The translations under genes were made by a program, and so were the position numbers. Shown here in pieces: positions 43,827-52,907 of a stretch of DNA of 60,547 nt. The notes under the pieces were generated by a model that was given only the letters and a program-made list of their open reading frames with translations, ran no database searches and had not been told where the DNA came from. The stretch comes from a virus (taxonomy: Duplodnaviria > Caudoviricetes), in the IMG/VR virus record IMGVR_UViG_3300027112_000001, positions 1 to 60,547 of that record; one strand, written 5' to 3'. Each line of letters starts with the position of its first letter. Within the stretch, counting starts at the first letter, position 1.

Positions 43827-44403
43827 GACTAGTCTCCTGAAGGCTGCGCTGGAGTAGAGTATCTACGTCAGCATCTTTGTGAAAACGACAAACAACAGTG
43901 TACTCCACTGACGAATCATTAGGATTGACGCCAGGAGGGAGAGGCTTGAAATTCGCTTCTTGACTGGTGCAGTATTCGACCATCGACGGCCAGTGCGGCC
44001 GAAAGGGGACGCCAGCCGGGATGCCGAAGTGCTCCGCCATCGCGGCGTACGCTTCGGGGTCATCCTTCTCGCGAGGCATCTTCGGGATGGTCTTGCTGTC
44101 TGGGTTGGCACAAATCCAGTCGGTCCGGATCGTCTCGCCGATCTTGCCTTCCTTCACGTACAGCATACACGCCCCGCGTGACAGCTGCTTGATGGCCTTC
44201 TCGGTCTCTACCTTCGAGTCCTTCAGTAGGGCCTCGATCTTCTTCAGGACCGCGATGACGTCCACGATCTGCGATAGGTCCGGCGAGTTGGCCAAGTCCT
44301 GCCGCACTCGGGCGAGGTTCGAAAACCCTTCCTCGTGCAGCTGCTTGGCGATGGCATATACGTCGAGTACGCGTTTACGCAGGGCATCCATTGAGCACCT
44401 CAT
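43813..44403 (-). CDS. Hypothetical replication-region protein
   Basis: Coupled ORF. Confidence 0.55.
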   Translation of the reverse strand: MRCSMDALRKRVLDVYAIAKQLHEEGFSNLARVRQDLANSPDLSQIVDVIAVLKKIEALLKDSKVETEKAIKQLSRGACMLYVKEGKIGETIRTDWICANPDSKTIPKMPREKDDPEAYAAMAEHFGIPAGVPFRPHWPSMVEYCTSQEANFKPLPPGVNPNDSSVEYTVVCRFHKDADVDTLLQRSLQETSHAKD

Positions 44404-44695
44404 GATATTCCCGACGCAGGGCGTCGTAACAGATTAGACCAGGCGCATGCCCTTGGGATTCTGTGATCGCAGCTGCGGCTACCGTGAGCATGCTTAGGTT
44501 GCCGGTTACGACGAGGCGGCAGTGGTCCTCCCAGTTCTCGTCCGCCCAGTTGCGGATGTGCAGGAAGAACTTGTCCAGCACACCCCGCCATGCGATGGCG
44601 TCGTTGGTCTGCCGGATGATGAACTCTACGTCGTAGGTCTTGTAGAGCTCATCGATCGGGAACTTCGGGGGCTCGATGAGTATTGCTTTGTTCAT
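44375..44695 (-). CDS. Hypothetical protein (start refined to MNKAIL)
   Basis: ATGA overlap with the helicase stop. Confidence 0.5.
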   Translation of the reverse strand: MNKAILIEPPKFPIDELYKTYDVEFIIRQTNDAIAWRGVLDKFFLHIRNWADENWEDHCRLVVTGNLSMLTVAAAAITESQGHAPGLICYDALRREYHEVLNGCPA

Positions 44696-46710
44696 GTGGG
44701 CACCACCAATCTCTTGAGGATCGCTCGGATGTCCTGCACCGCCATCGCGTGCTCGACCTTGCCGAACACTCGCTCCAAGATCTCGAAGTCGATCGAGTCT
44801 TCTGCGCACATATCCACCACCTCGATGGACCAGTCACAGGTCTTGTCCTGGGGACGAGCTTGGGATTGCAACCGAACCGGCGACGACCAGCCCTGGCAGT
44901 AGTACACCATCGAATCGCATTGCGAGATTCGCGTGCCGTCCGCTGCGAGGATTCGGCCGTTCAAGTTGACGCCGATGCCGCCCTTCGTCGGGTTGCTCAA
45001 ATACACTTGGACCTTCGGGTCCGTGTTGAAGCGATCCATCGCCTCTTGGTTCTCTGATCCCTTCGTCTTGCCGTAGAGCGTGACGCACTCGATCCCTTCC
45101 ATCTCGAGCCGAGCTCGGATCTGTTTCAGAGCAGGGATGAAGCATGCCCACACGATAGTCTTGCTGCCGAACTCCTTTTCCTTCAGGTACTCGACCAGCA
45201 TGTCCAGCTTCGGATTCGGGTCGATGCGGTCGATCTGTCGCGACAGAACCTCGCCGGTATCCAGGTCGATTTCACCATCCAGTGCGACGAAGCCTGCCGC
45301 GACCTGCGCCAAGCGTAGCAGCTTGGTCAGAATATTGTTGATGGTGATGGTGCCCTTCTCGCTGGACTCCAGATCGCGTTCGATCTCCGCGTAGAGGCTC
45401 GTGGCCACTTCGTTGTAGACCTGCTTCTGGTAGTCCGTCATCTCCACTTCGAGGACCTTGTTGGTCATCGGCGGCAGATCGGGCAGCGCTTCCTTCTTCG
45501 TGATGAGGAAGGACGACCGGCTGATCCGCTCCTGGAGCAGCGGCATGTTCTGCATGCCGACGAGGAACTTCTTGTATCCGCTGGTCGGCGTGTTCACCTC
45601 GTCGAACTTGCCGTAGAACGCTCGGAACGCTTCGAACGATGCGAAGCCACTGTGGCCTTCGTTGAGCCACTCGAACTGCGAGTACAAGTCGAACGCCGAG
45701 TTGCAGATCGGCGTGCCCGTTAGGCACACCCGCTTGGCACACGACTCGCGGATCTGTTTGGCCGCTTGGAACCTCTTGGTTCGGCTCTGCTTGATGTAGT
45801 GGGATTCGTCGAGGACGCCCCACCGCCACGTGAACGCACTCAGCTGCGGGATCATGCTGCTCATCCCCTCGTAGCTGATGAGCACGACCGTGTAGTCGTA
45901 GTCTTCGCGGAACTCGAACGCTTCCAGCATGAGCTTCATGCGGTTGATCTTGTGACGACGCAGCGTGATGACCTTCACCCGCTTGTTCGAGAACAACGCT
46001 ATCTCTCGCTCCCAGTTGACGCGAACGTTCTTCGGGCAGACGATCATGTTGAGAGCGTGAGGGTTTTTCTCGCTGTCCTCGTCCATCGCCATGATGACCG
46101 AGTAGGTCTTGCCCGTCCGCATCTCCATGAACAGGGAGTACGCATCGGATTCGAGCAGGCACATCGCCGCTACCCGCTGGTGCGGCATCGGCGGCAGACC
46201 CTCTTTGCCCATCGGGGCGTGATCGGGGACGAGGTGCGTCTCCTTGAATTGGGCCTGGTACTCAGCGGTCTTCTGACCACGCATGAACGCTCCGACGCGG
46301 GTCCAGAACTCCAGACGAGCTTCCTCGTCCTCAAACGTGATCTTGTTCTTGCCCCAGACGGCGAGCGCTACCAATGCACTCGTGTCGCTGATCGGGGCGT
46401 AGCATCCGCGATTGCTGTTTGACAGCTGCGCACCGGGGATCTTCTGCCACCAGTGGTTCTCTGCGTAGCCAGACGGATACTGGCGGTATTGATAGTGGGC
46501 ATGCGACATGCTGCTGATGTCGTCGTCCCCGTTGTGCTGGACACAGTATGCCTGCATCTCGAAACGTCGGTTGTCCTGGCCCCATGGCGTAACAACCGAA
46601 ACGTGCAGTCGGTCCGTGGCGTAGAGTTTGCGATCTTCCGCCAAGAGCAGCGTAGTCGCTTCTGAGAGCGGTTTGATGAAATCCGCGACGTGCGGGCTCA
46701 GCTTTGTCAT
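44692..46710 (-). CDS. SNF2-family helicase/ATPase
   Basis: MEMRTGKT, LDESH, LTGTP, GGIGVNL, QSQAR motifs. Confidence 0.92.
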   Translation of the reverse strand: MTKLSPHVADFIKPLSEATTLLLAEDRKLYATDRLHVSVVTPWGQDNRRFEMQAYCVQHNGDDDISSMSHAHYQYRQYPSGYAENHWWQKIPGAQLSNSNRGCYAPISDTSALVALAVWGKNKITFEDEEARLEFWTRVGAFMRGQKTAEYQAQFKETHLVPDHAPMGKEGLPPMPHQRVAAMCLLESDAYSLFMEMRTGKTYSVIMAMDEDSEKNPHALNMIVCPKNVRVNWEREIALFSNKRVKVITLRRHKINRMKLMLEAFEFREDYDYTVVLISYEGMSSMIPQLSAFTWRWGVLDESHYIKQSRTKRFQAAKQIRESCAKRVCLTGTPICNSAFDLYSQFEWLNEGHSGFASFEAFRAFYGKFDEVNTPTSGYKKFLVGMQNMPLLQERISRSSFLITKKEALPDLPPMTNKVLEVEMTDYQKQVYNEVATSLYAEIERDLESSEKGTITINNILTKLLRLAQVAAGFVALDGEIDLDTGEVLSRQIDRIDPNPKLDMLVEYLKEKEFGSKTIVWACFIPALKQIRARLEMEGIECVTLYGKTKGSENQEAMDRFNTDPKVQVYLSNPTKGGIGVNLNGRILAADGTRISQCDSMVYYCQGWSSPVRLQSQARPQDKTCDWSIEVVDMCAEDSIDFEILERVFGKVEHAMAVQDIRAILKRLVVPT

Positions 46711-46777
46711 GGGTCGTTGTCCTGTGTCGTGTGTCAGACTGGCAGGCCGTCACTGTGGCGGTAGCCAGATCCCCCGC

Positions 46778-46806
46778 ATTGTAGGTCGGCAGCGTTTATT
46801 TGTCAA
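46778..46806 (-). promoter_or_regulatory. Sigma70-type promoter TTGACA-N17-TACAAT for the replication operon
   Basis: ttgaca aataaacgctgccgacc tacaat, intergenic, upstream of SNF2. Confidence 0.82.
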
Positions 46807-46809
46807 GAG

Positions 46810-47682
46810 CTATGCGGATATTTTCCCCAAAATCTTTTCCAAAACGACTGTGTGCGCCGTTTTTGGGGTTATTTTCTCTGCTCCAGGAATCGCATCGGTG
46901 CCCGCGACAACCGCAAACGGACCTGCGAGAGCGCATGCGCGGAGCACATCGCGTGCCCAAGATGCGTTTGGCTTCTGCAACTGGAACTTGAACTGAGGCT
47001 CGGGCAGCTTCAGTTTTCCGATGCCCGATACGCGAACCTTCCGGTAGCCGATCTTCTTGATCTCCGCCATCTTCTGCGTGCCGGTTTCACCCGACTTTGT
47101 CCCGAACCAGTTTGCTCGGCGTTCACCCTGATGGACCAAACGGAATCCCAGATCCTTCCGCTTGGGCCGAGGCCATAGGTCTGTGAAGTTCGCGTCGTAG
47201 CTGCCGGCATGCGGGTAGCACACGTCGAAGATCGGCCACCGCCACGTCTGTGGGGCCGAGGTGTGCCACAAATGAAAGTAGCCGTAGGGATACAGCGGTG
47301 CCTCGTCCATGCGAGCTCCGCCCTCGTCGTAGCGGTACGCTCCGTTGAGGCAGTCCGGTCGTGCTTTCTGCGATGCGACTGCCCGCCAGTTCTTCGGCGG
47401 GATGATGTCGCTGTCGAAGTGCAGGCACCAGTCGATAGGCTCCAGCTTGCCGTACGCGACGCACAACCCGGCACCCTTGTTGAAGTACGCACCGTAGTCC
47501 GTGAACACCTCGGTCGTGACGATACGTAGATTCGACTGTCCAGTGTCTAGCGACAGAGCCTCGTCGTCAGGCCTCGTCACGATGACCAGTGAGTCCAGCG
47601 TGTCCAGCCAGATCGGTAAGGACTTCTTCAGTTGTGGCGTGTACACATCGCCGGAGCAGCTTGTGATCGCGTCAATTCTCAT
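46810..47682 (-). CDS. GT-A-like glycosyltransferase
   Basis: 'FNKGAGL', DxD 'HFDSDII', 'GYFHLWH', 'AGSYD..F'. Confidence 0.68.
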   Translation of the reverse strand: MRIDAITSCSGDVYTPQLKKSLPIWLDTLDSLVIVTRPDDEALSLDTGQSNLRIVTTEVFTDYGAYFNKGAGLCVAYGKLEPIDWCLHFDSDIIPPKNWRAVASQKARPDCLNGAYRYDEGGARMDEAPLYPYGYFHLWHTSAPQTWRWPIFDVCYPHAGSYDANFTDLWPRPKRKDLGFRLVHQGERRANWFGTKSGETGTQKMAEIKKIGYRKVRVSGIGKLKLPEPQFKFQLQKPNASWARDVLRACALAGPFAVVAGTDAIPGAEKITPKTAHTVVLEKILGKISA

Positions 47683-48362
47683 AGTGGCTTCCTAGCTAAG
47701 AGATACATGAAGTTTTCGCGGTCGTTCAATCGTGCGGTCGAGAAGCGATGCACCTCGAAGCCTACTTGGGCTAACACATGCCGCAACGAGGCCTCGTTGA
47801 AGAACCATAGGTGATCGGGGTTGGTCTGGTCCTCGTCGTCGGGGACTATGATGTACAACCAGCCGCCTGGCTTCAGCAGCGCTCGTACTCGCAGCAGTGC
47901 CTTCGGGGCGTCTTTGACGTGCTCCAACACATGGGCCATCAACACGAGCTCCAGCTTCCCATCGCCGGTGTCACAGCAATCCGGGAACACTCCCGCGATA
48001 GTGTGGACCCCATACTCGTTGTGCGTGTAGTTCGCCGCCCAGGGGTCTTCGTCCACGCCGATGTAGGTGTAACCCGCGCTACGGATCAGGTTGACATACG
48101 GGCTGACTCCGCAGCCGATCTCCAACGCGTATGCCCCTTCGGTCGTAGCAGTCTTTAGCTCCCCGAAGCTTTCTGTGAACTGAGTGAGATAGCTCGCTGG
48201 CAGCACGACACCAGCCTCTGAGAGCACCCCGAGAGACTCGTAGTAGGCGTGCCCAGGCGGGTGCTTGGCCTTGTACTCCACATGGTACGGGCACTTGATA
48301 GTATTGTGCATCACGCCCCAGCGAAGGTCCAACTCGTTCACGCAGCCACAGCTGTACATCAT
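47679..48362 (-). CDS. Class I SAM-dependent methyltransferase
   Basis: 'LEIGCG', 'GVD', 'HVLEHV', 'LLKPGGWLYIIVP', 'HLWFF'. Confidence 0.88.
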   Translation of the reverse strand: MMYSCGCVNELDLRWGVMHNTIKCPYHVEYKAKHPPGHAYYESLGVLSEAGVVLPASYLTQFTESFGELKTATTEGAYALEIGCGVSPYVNLIRSAGYTYIGVDEDPWAANYTHNEYGVHTIAGVFPDCCDTGDGKLELVLMAHVLEHVKDAPKALLRVRALLKPGGWLYIIVPDDEDQTNPDHLWFFNEASLRHVLAQVGFEVHRFSTARLNDRENFMYLLARKPL

Positions 48363-49330
48363 AGAACACTATTCTCTATGTAGTTGGTCGCCCGCTCCAA
48401 GTGCTTACCGTCGTCGATCTGGATCAAGTCCACGCGACGATTAGGCTTCTTGGGTTTGTAGATATCCTGGTGCGTCACAGACACCTCTTCAGCTTGGTGC
48501 TCGCCCACCGCCAACTGACCGTAACGACGCAGCGGTATGCCGCACGCATGGCAGTACTTGTCCACCTGCGCCCCGTAGTCGGCCATGGGGCGACGCCACC
48601 ACCCAGGTACAGCTTCGAGGCCCAGGTCCGGCCAACTAGGGTCAGCCGCGTGTAGCATGGCCTGGGCTCCGGCTAGCTCGCAGAAGAACGCTCGCAGACC
48701 CTTCCCCGGCACGTGGCACAGCATAGCCGACCAGAACTGGTTCACGTCGCAAGTGGAGATCAGCTTCCACCGATCCTCCTCGGAGATGCCTACGTCCTGC
48801 ATGGCCACGAACGGCGGACTGTGACGACCCGGCTTGCCGTTGTGCCCTTTGAGGTATGGCTTGCACTCGGGCCAGTCCTTAGCGAACTCGTCGTAGGCAG
48901 CCTGCACCATGTGCACGTTGAGGTTACTGACCGCTGGGTTGAAGACCCGACGCATGATGCTACCCTTGCCTAGCGGGTTATTGCACCACAGACCGCGTTG
49001 AGCGTAGGGAAAGTGTTTGCACAGGACGTTGCATAGCTCCTCGAACTTCGGGTGGCTGGCAGGGTTGCCACCGAAGAAGCCAACGACGCCGAAGTAGCCT
49101 TCGATGCTACGACACGCTTCCTCCATCTGCTCGACAGAGATCATCGCTGGCTTGCCGGCGAGGTTACTGCCCTGTGTGCAGCTGAAGCACGCTAGGTCGC
49201 AGCCTCGGGTGATGTGGATCTGTATCACTCCGCCTCGCCAGATGCCGTGGCGGACATCGTACGGCGACTTCATTTTGTCGAGGCACTCTTGCCGCTGCAT
49301 TCGAAGCTCCTCCATTGCTCTGCGACCCAT
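48359..49330 (-). CDS. Radical SAM protein with C-terminal auxiliary Cys residues
   Basis: CDLACFSC (CxxxCxxC), 'FGGNPASHP', later C...FCE...CHAC. Confidence 0.85.
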   Translation of the reverse strand: MGRRAMEELRMQRQECLDKMKSPYDVRHGIWRGGVIQIHITRGCDLACFSCTQGSNLAGKPAMISVEQMEEACRSIEGYFGVVGFFGGNPASHPKFEELCNVLCKHFPYAQRGLWCNNPLGKGSIMRRVFNPAVSNLNVHMVQAAYDEFAKDWPECKPYLKGHNGKPGRHSPPFVAMQDVGISEEDRWKLISTCDVNQFWSAMLCHVPGKGLRAFFCELAGAQAMLHAADPSWPDLGLEAVPGWWRRPMADYGAQVDKYCHACGIPLRRYGQLAVGEHQAEEVSVTHQDIYKPKKPNRRVDLIQIDDGKHLERATNYIENSVL

Positions 49331-50010
49331 TGGATGTTCGGGTCTTGGTTTCTGGCGTTAGGGCTGATCGACGTGCGACGAACGTCCCGCAGTAGGTGGA
49401 CGATCTTCGCTTGGTCCTTGACCGAGCCAATAGTGTCTTGGGTGCAATTCCAGATCCTGGACGCGAGCTCCAGCATCCGCAGACCGTGCTTGTTCTCTTT
49501 CAGTAGGAAGCCCAACGAGCTCTGGTTGATCCCGCCGTACTCGGCGATGAACGCTCGGTGCGAGACCTTGTTCCGTAGCATGGCCGTGGCCGCGTACTCC
49601 CATCGGTCGTAGAACTTTCGTACCTTCTCGCTGACGCGGCAGAACGTCACTCCGGTGTTCAAGCGTAACCGGCTCTCCGCAGGCTTCATGGTGTAAGCTA
49701 GGTCGAACGCATCGAACTGCTCGATCTCTTCGAGTGGCTTGAGGATCAGCGTGTCTACGTCGAGGAAGCCTACCAAGTCGCCGTCCTGGCAACTATCTAC
49801 GTAACGCCGCTGATGGCGGGTCTTGCGGGTGTTCTGAGTGTACCCATTCGACCTGCCGTGTCCAATAGCTAATAGGTCGAGATCGCGATCTTCTACCGTG
49901 AGGATCTCCAACGGAGTGGCTGTGTTCGCCTCGGCGGATCTGCGCAGAGACTCCAAGTACCGGCAGTAGATCGGCGGCGACCTATCGAAGATGATCGTGA
50001 CTAGCCTCAT
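49270..50010 (-). CDS. Nucleotide-diphospho-sugar transferase-like glycosyltransferase
   Basis: 'FLDVDTLI', 'LNTGVTF', 'INQSSL', 'WNC', 'KIVH'. Confidence 0.75.
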   Translation of the reverse strand: MRLVTIIFDRSPPIYCRYLESLRRSAEANTATPLEILTVEDRDLDLLAIGHGRSNGYTQNTRKTRHQRRYVDSCQDGDLVGFLDVDTLILKPLEEIEQFDAFDLAYTMKPAESRLRLNTGVTFCRVSEKVRKFYDRWEYAATAMLRNKVSHRAFIAEYGGINQSSLGFLLKENKHGLRMLELASRIWNCTQDTIGSVKDQAKIVHLLRDVRRTSISPNARNQDPNIQWVAEQWRSFECSGKSASTK

Positions 50011-50291
50011 AGCTTACCTAACTTCTTCCGGACCCAGGCGTCTACGCGATTGAGCCATTGTTGCCTAGCTCCACACCCACCGCATGGTGGTAGGCCCATT
50101 TCCTTTCGGCAGTCCTCGTACAGCTGTGCCACGCCTAAGCTCTCTAAGAATTCCTTCAGCGCATCTCCAGCCAACTTGCGATCAGCAGCTGCGGATAATG
50201 GTTTTCCCTTCACGCAAATACGGATTTCGCGCGTCTCACTTGGTTGTGAACACAACCGACAAATTCCGTCTTTAGTATACTGACAGTGCAT
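50007..50291 (-). CDS. Small Cys-rich protein
   Basis: 'C.LC', 'LAGD', 'CGGCGARQQWLN'. Confidence 0.6.
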   Translation of the reverse strand: MHCQYTKDGICRLCSQPSETREIRICVKGKPLSAAADRKLAGDALKEFLESLGVAQLYEDCRKEMGLPPCGGCGARQQWLNRVDAWVRKKLGKL

Positions 50292-51340
50292 TATGCTGCG
50301 AACGAAATTGACGATGTAATATTAGCGTCTACCTCTTCCCAAGTATCTCCTTGAACGATCATTCCAGCACCGCGAGTAAAATTATCATCCAGGTCCGATA
50401 ACTCAGAAAAATTCGCTAGTGTTTGGCCTTCAAATGGTCCTATTGTTGACAAACCTGAAGTGCAGAAATTTGCAGTATATGGTGATACCGCACTGCGTAC
50501 CCAATCGTGCGAAGACATATCATTGCAATAGATCAAGCTTGCGTCCATTGGGATATCAATATCCATTGCACGATATTGTTCTCCATAACCTAAAGTCGAT
50601 AGATATACAAATTTGGCCGGGGTATAGTGATAGCAATCCTTAAATACGGCTTTAAGTTCTAGACCTAAGCCAATCGTTAAACCTGGCGGAACCCCAGAGT
50701 CTCCAGAAGGAGGTTTGCATTGCAACGTGCCAGTAGCTTTAACTGCAACTAAGTATCCTTCTCGGGCAAAGTAATCCAGGCAGCTATTGTCATCCGGGTC
50801 TAGAATTGTTTCCATTGAGCACTTAGGGGCATCACTAGCAAGCATCGCTTCGGCAATCTCTTCATTTGTCATGCCGTCTTCTATCGCTTGATCTAAGTCG
50901 AAGAATATCACTTCGTACTGACACCCAGCGATCGTGCAAGGCACGGTCAATAGATAGTGATAATCAGCGCAAGGGTCGAGTTCAGTATACGGATCAACTT
51001 CAGTATACGTTCGATCTTTACGTCGTAGTGTCCAAGTACCATTGATGAATGCCCCAATATCGCATGCAGCTTCTACGTAGCAGTCTGTTTGTACAAACGG
51101 CCCGCCAATGTTGTACGTAGTGGAAATCACGGTAATTGAGTTTGCAATCTGAATGTCCCACTGCAGATACGTAGGAAGCAAACATCGTGGGTCAAGAATT
51201 ACTTCTTCCGAAGTATCGGGTGGTGGAGGATCCCAACTCCCCATACCGAAAGAGCAACAGCATACGCACCACCAAGTGGGGTCGGGCAAGCAGCAGACTT
51301 CGACGCACTCCGCGTCGTCTATCGTGATGACTAGGGGCAT
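50291..51340 (-). CDS. Cys-rich acidic tail-tip/receptor-binding candidate (low GC)
   Basis: End of the tail module; start refined to MPLVIT; visibly AT-richer DNA. Confidence 0.5.
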   Translation of the reverse strand: MPLVITIDDAECVEVCCLPDPTWWCVCCCSFGMGSWDPPPPDTSEEVILDPRCLLPTYLQWDIQIANSITVISTTYNIGGPFVQTDCYVEAACDIGAFINGTWTLRRKDRTYTEVDPYTELDPCADYHYLLTVPCTIAGCQYEVIFFDLDQAIEDGMTNEEIAEAMLASDAPKCSMETILDPDDNSCLDYFAREGYLVAVKATGTLQCKPPSGDSGVPPGLTIGLGLELKAVFKDCYHYTPAKFVYLSTLGYGEQYRAMDIDIPMDASLIYCNDMSSHDWVRSAVSPYTANFCTSGLSTIGPFEGQTLANFSELSDLDDNFTRGAGMIVQGDTWEEVDANITSSISFAA

Positions 51341-51341
51341 C

Positions 51342-52040
51342 CTAGCTGCTCTCCCCACCGGAGGGAGGAATGATAAACTGCACGCCGCTGCCAGAAGGCT
51401 CGATGGTGATAACGATCGTGCCACTTTCGCAGATAGCGGTGCCGTCGAAGCCATCCTCGAAGTTACCCACCTCGAACGCTCGGTACACTGCTTGGTCGCC
51501 GGCAGCACCGAGGTACCTGTTGTTGGCGAAGCTCGCGTGGCCTTCCCAGTAGCAGGAGCTATCCACGTGCAGAGCCCATACGCGAGACGCGTACCAGGAC
51601 GTGCCCTCGGCGATCGAGTCGCTCGACATCAGCCAGATGCGGTCGCCCGCCTTCATACCGGAGTCCGTGTGAGCGGACTTGAACTCTAGCGCAGCTTGCT
51701 CGATCTCGTACTCGCTATACCCCGAGTCTAGCGGGTCCATGATTAGGGCCTCGCCAGCCGCGTTGACTGGGGTCAGGTCCTCCTCGCTGAGCAGCACGCA
51801 GGTGCCGATTGATCCGCCGTTGGCCGACGCAGGCGAGACAACCTGAGCCATGGCGATCACGTTCGATGTGTTACCGCCTCCCCCGCGACGACCATGCTGA
51901 AGCATGAACTCGCCATTGACGAACATGCCGTGGACCATGTTCCCGCGACGAGCCATCTTGGCCACGCGGTTCAGGTAGTCCGCTCGAATGCCCTTGCCCG
52001 CCTCGAAGGGCGTCTTGGGTAGGCTGACGATGTTCTTCAT
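51342..52040 (-). CDS. Tail tip/baseplate-region protein
   Basis: Position after the distal-tail-like gene; 'GKGIRADYLNRV' N-terminus. Confidence 0.5.
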   Translation of the reverse strand: MKNIVSLPKTPFEAGKGIRADYLNRVAKMARRGNMVHGMFVNGEFMLQHGRRGGGGNTSNVIAMAQVVSPASANGGSIGTCVLLSEEDLTPVNAAGEALIMDPLDSGYSEYEIEQAALEFKSAHTDSGMKAGDRIWLMSSDSIAEGTSWYASRVWALHVDSSCYWEGHASFANNRYLGAAGDQAVYRAFEVGNFEDGFDGTAICESGTIVITIEPSGSGVQFIIPPSGGESS

Positions 52041-52906
52041 TACGGGAGCATCCCTTCCATGTCCACGAGGGGATAGTTGTTGTACGGTCCTTCAGGACCA
52101 GGGATGCGGAACTGCCGCTTCCACGTTTCGTCCTTGGAGTGCCAGTACCTATTCCACCCGTCTTTACGCAGCGACCAGCGGAGCTCCACGTCGTAGTAGT
52201 CCACCCCTGGGGCAGTGCTGAACGTGCGAGTTACGGTGGCCGCAGACAGCATCAGGGTCTCGGCAGGGAACGTGAGGCCCAGCGATGGGCTGATCACATC
52301 GTCATCGTTGCACCCATTGATGTGGGTCATAACCTGCGTCGGGATGACGAGCAGCTTACTGTATCGCACGACGTAGTCCAGGCCGATGTTCAACCGCGAC
52401 GGTGCTTCCTCATCCGTCACTGGGTTGTCGATATCGACTATGTCCGGGTCTTCCTCCTCTACCCCTGGCTGGCTCCAGAAGAACACCTGAGTGCCGTTGG
52501 CGTCCTTCGGATTGAGCTTTATGAACTCCGCCGATGGCTCGATGGTCTCGGTGAACTCTGCTGTCGTAACGTCGCCGGGTCCGCCAGGCTCGACACCAGC
52601 TTCGACCGCAAATTGGAGCGATATCTTTGCCCACTCGTACACGTTGCCGTGCCCGTCACTGGAGTTCTTGACTCGCTCGAACGGGCCCATCGTGCCGGAG
52701 CGAGCCACGATGTTGCTGCCCGGAGCGTACGGCCACTCCAGGCGGTTCTCTATGATGTTGAGGAAGATAGCGTGCCGCTGATCCCAACGACACTTGAGGT
52801 CCACTGCGGCAGCCCAGGACTGCCCATCGAAGCTCTCGCTCTCGGTCCACGCGAGGGCCTCGGGCTCCTCCAGGTCTGTCTCGTCGGTTAGCCAAGAAAT
52901 AGGCAT
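52040..52906 (-). CDS. Distal tail/hub-like protein
   Basis: Immediately after the tape measure gene; acidic and beta-rich. Confidence 0.5.
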   Translation of the reverse strand: MPISWLTDETDLEEPEALAWTESESFDGQSWAAAVDLKCRWDQRHAIFLNIIENRLEWPYAPGSNIVARSGTMGPFERVKNSSDGHGNVYEWAKISLQFAVEAGVEPGGPGDVTTAEFTETIEPSAEFIKLNPKDANGTQVFFWSQPGVEEEDPDIVDIDNPVTDEEAPSRLNIGLDYVVRYSKLLVIPTQVMTHINGCNDDDVISPSLGLTFPAETLMLSAATVTRTFSTAPGVDYYDVELRWSLRKDGWNRYWHSKDETWKRQFRIPGPEGPYNNYPLVDMEGMLP

Positions 52907-52907
52907 G

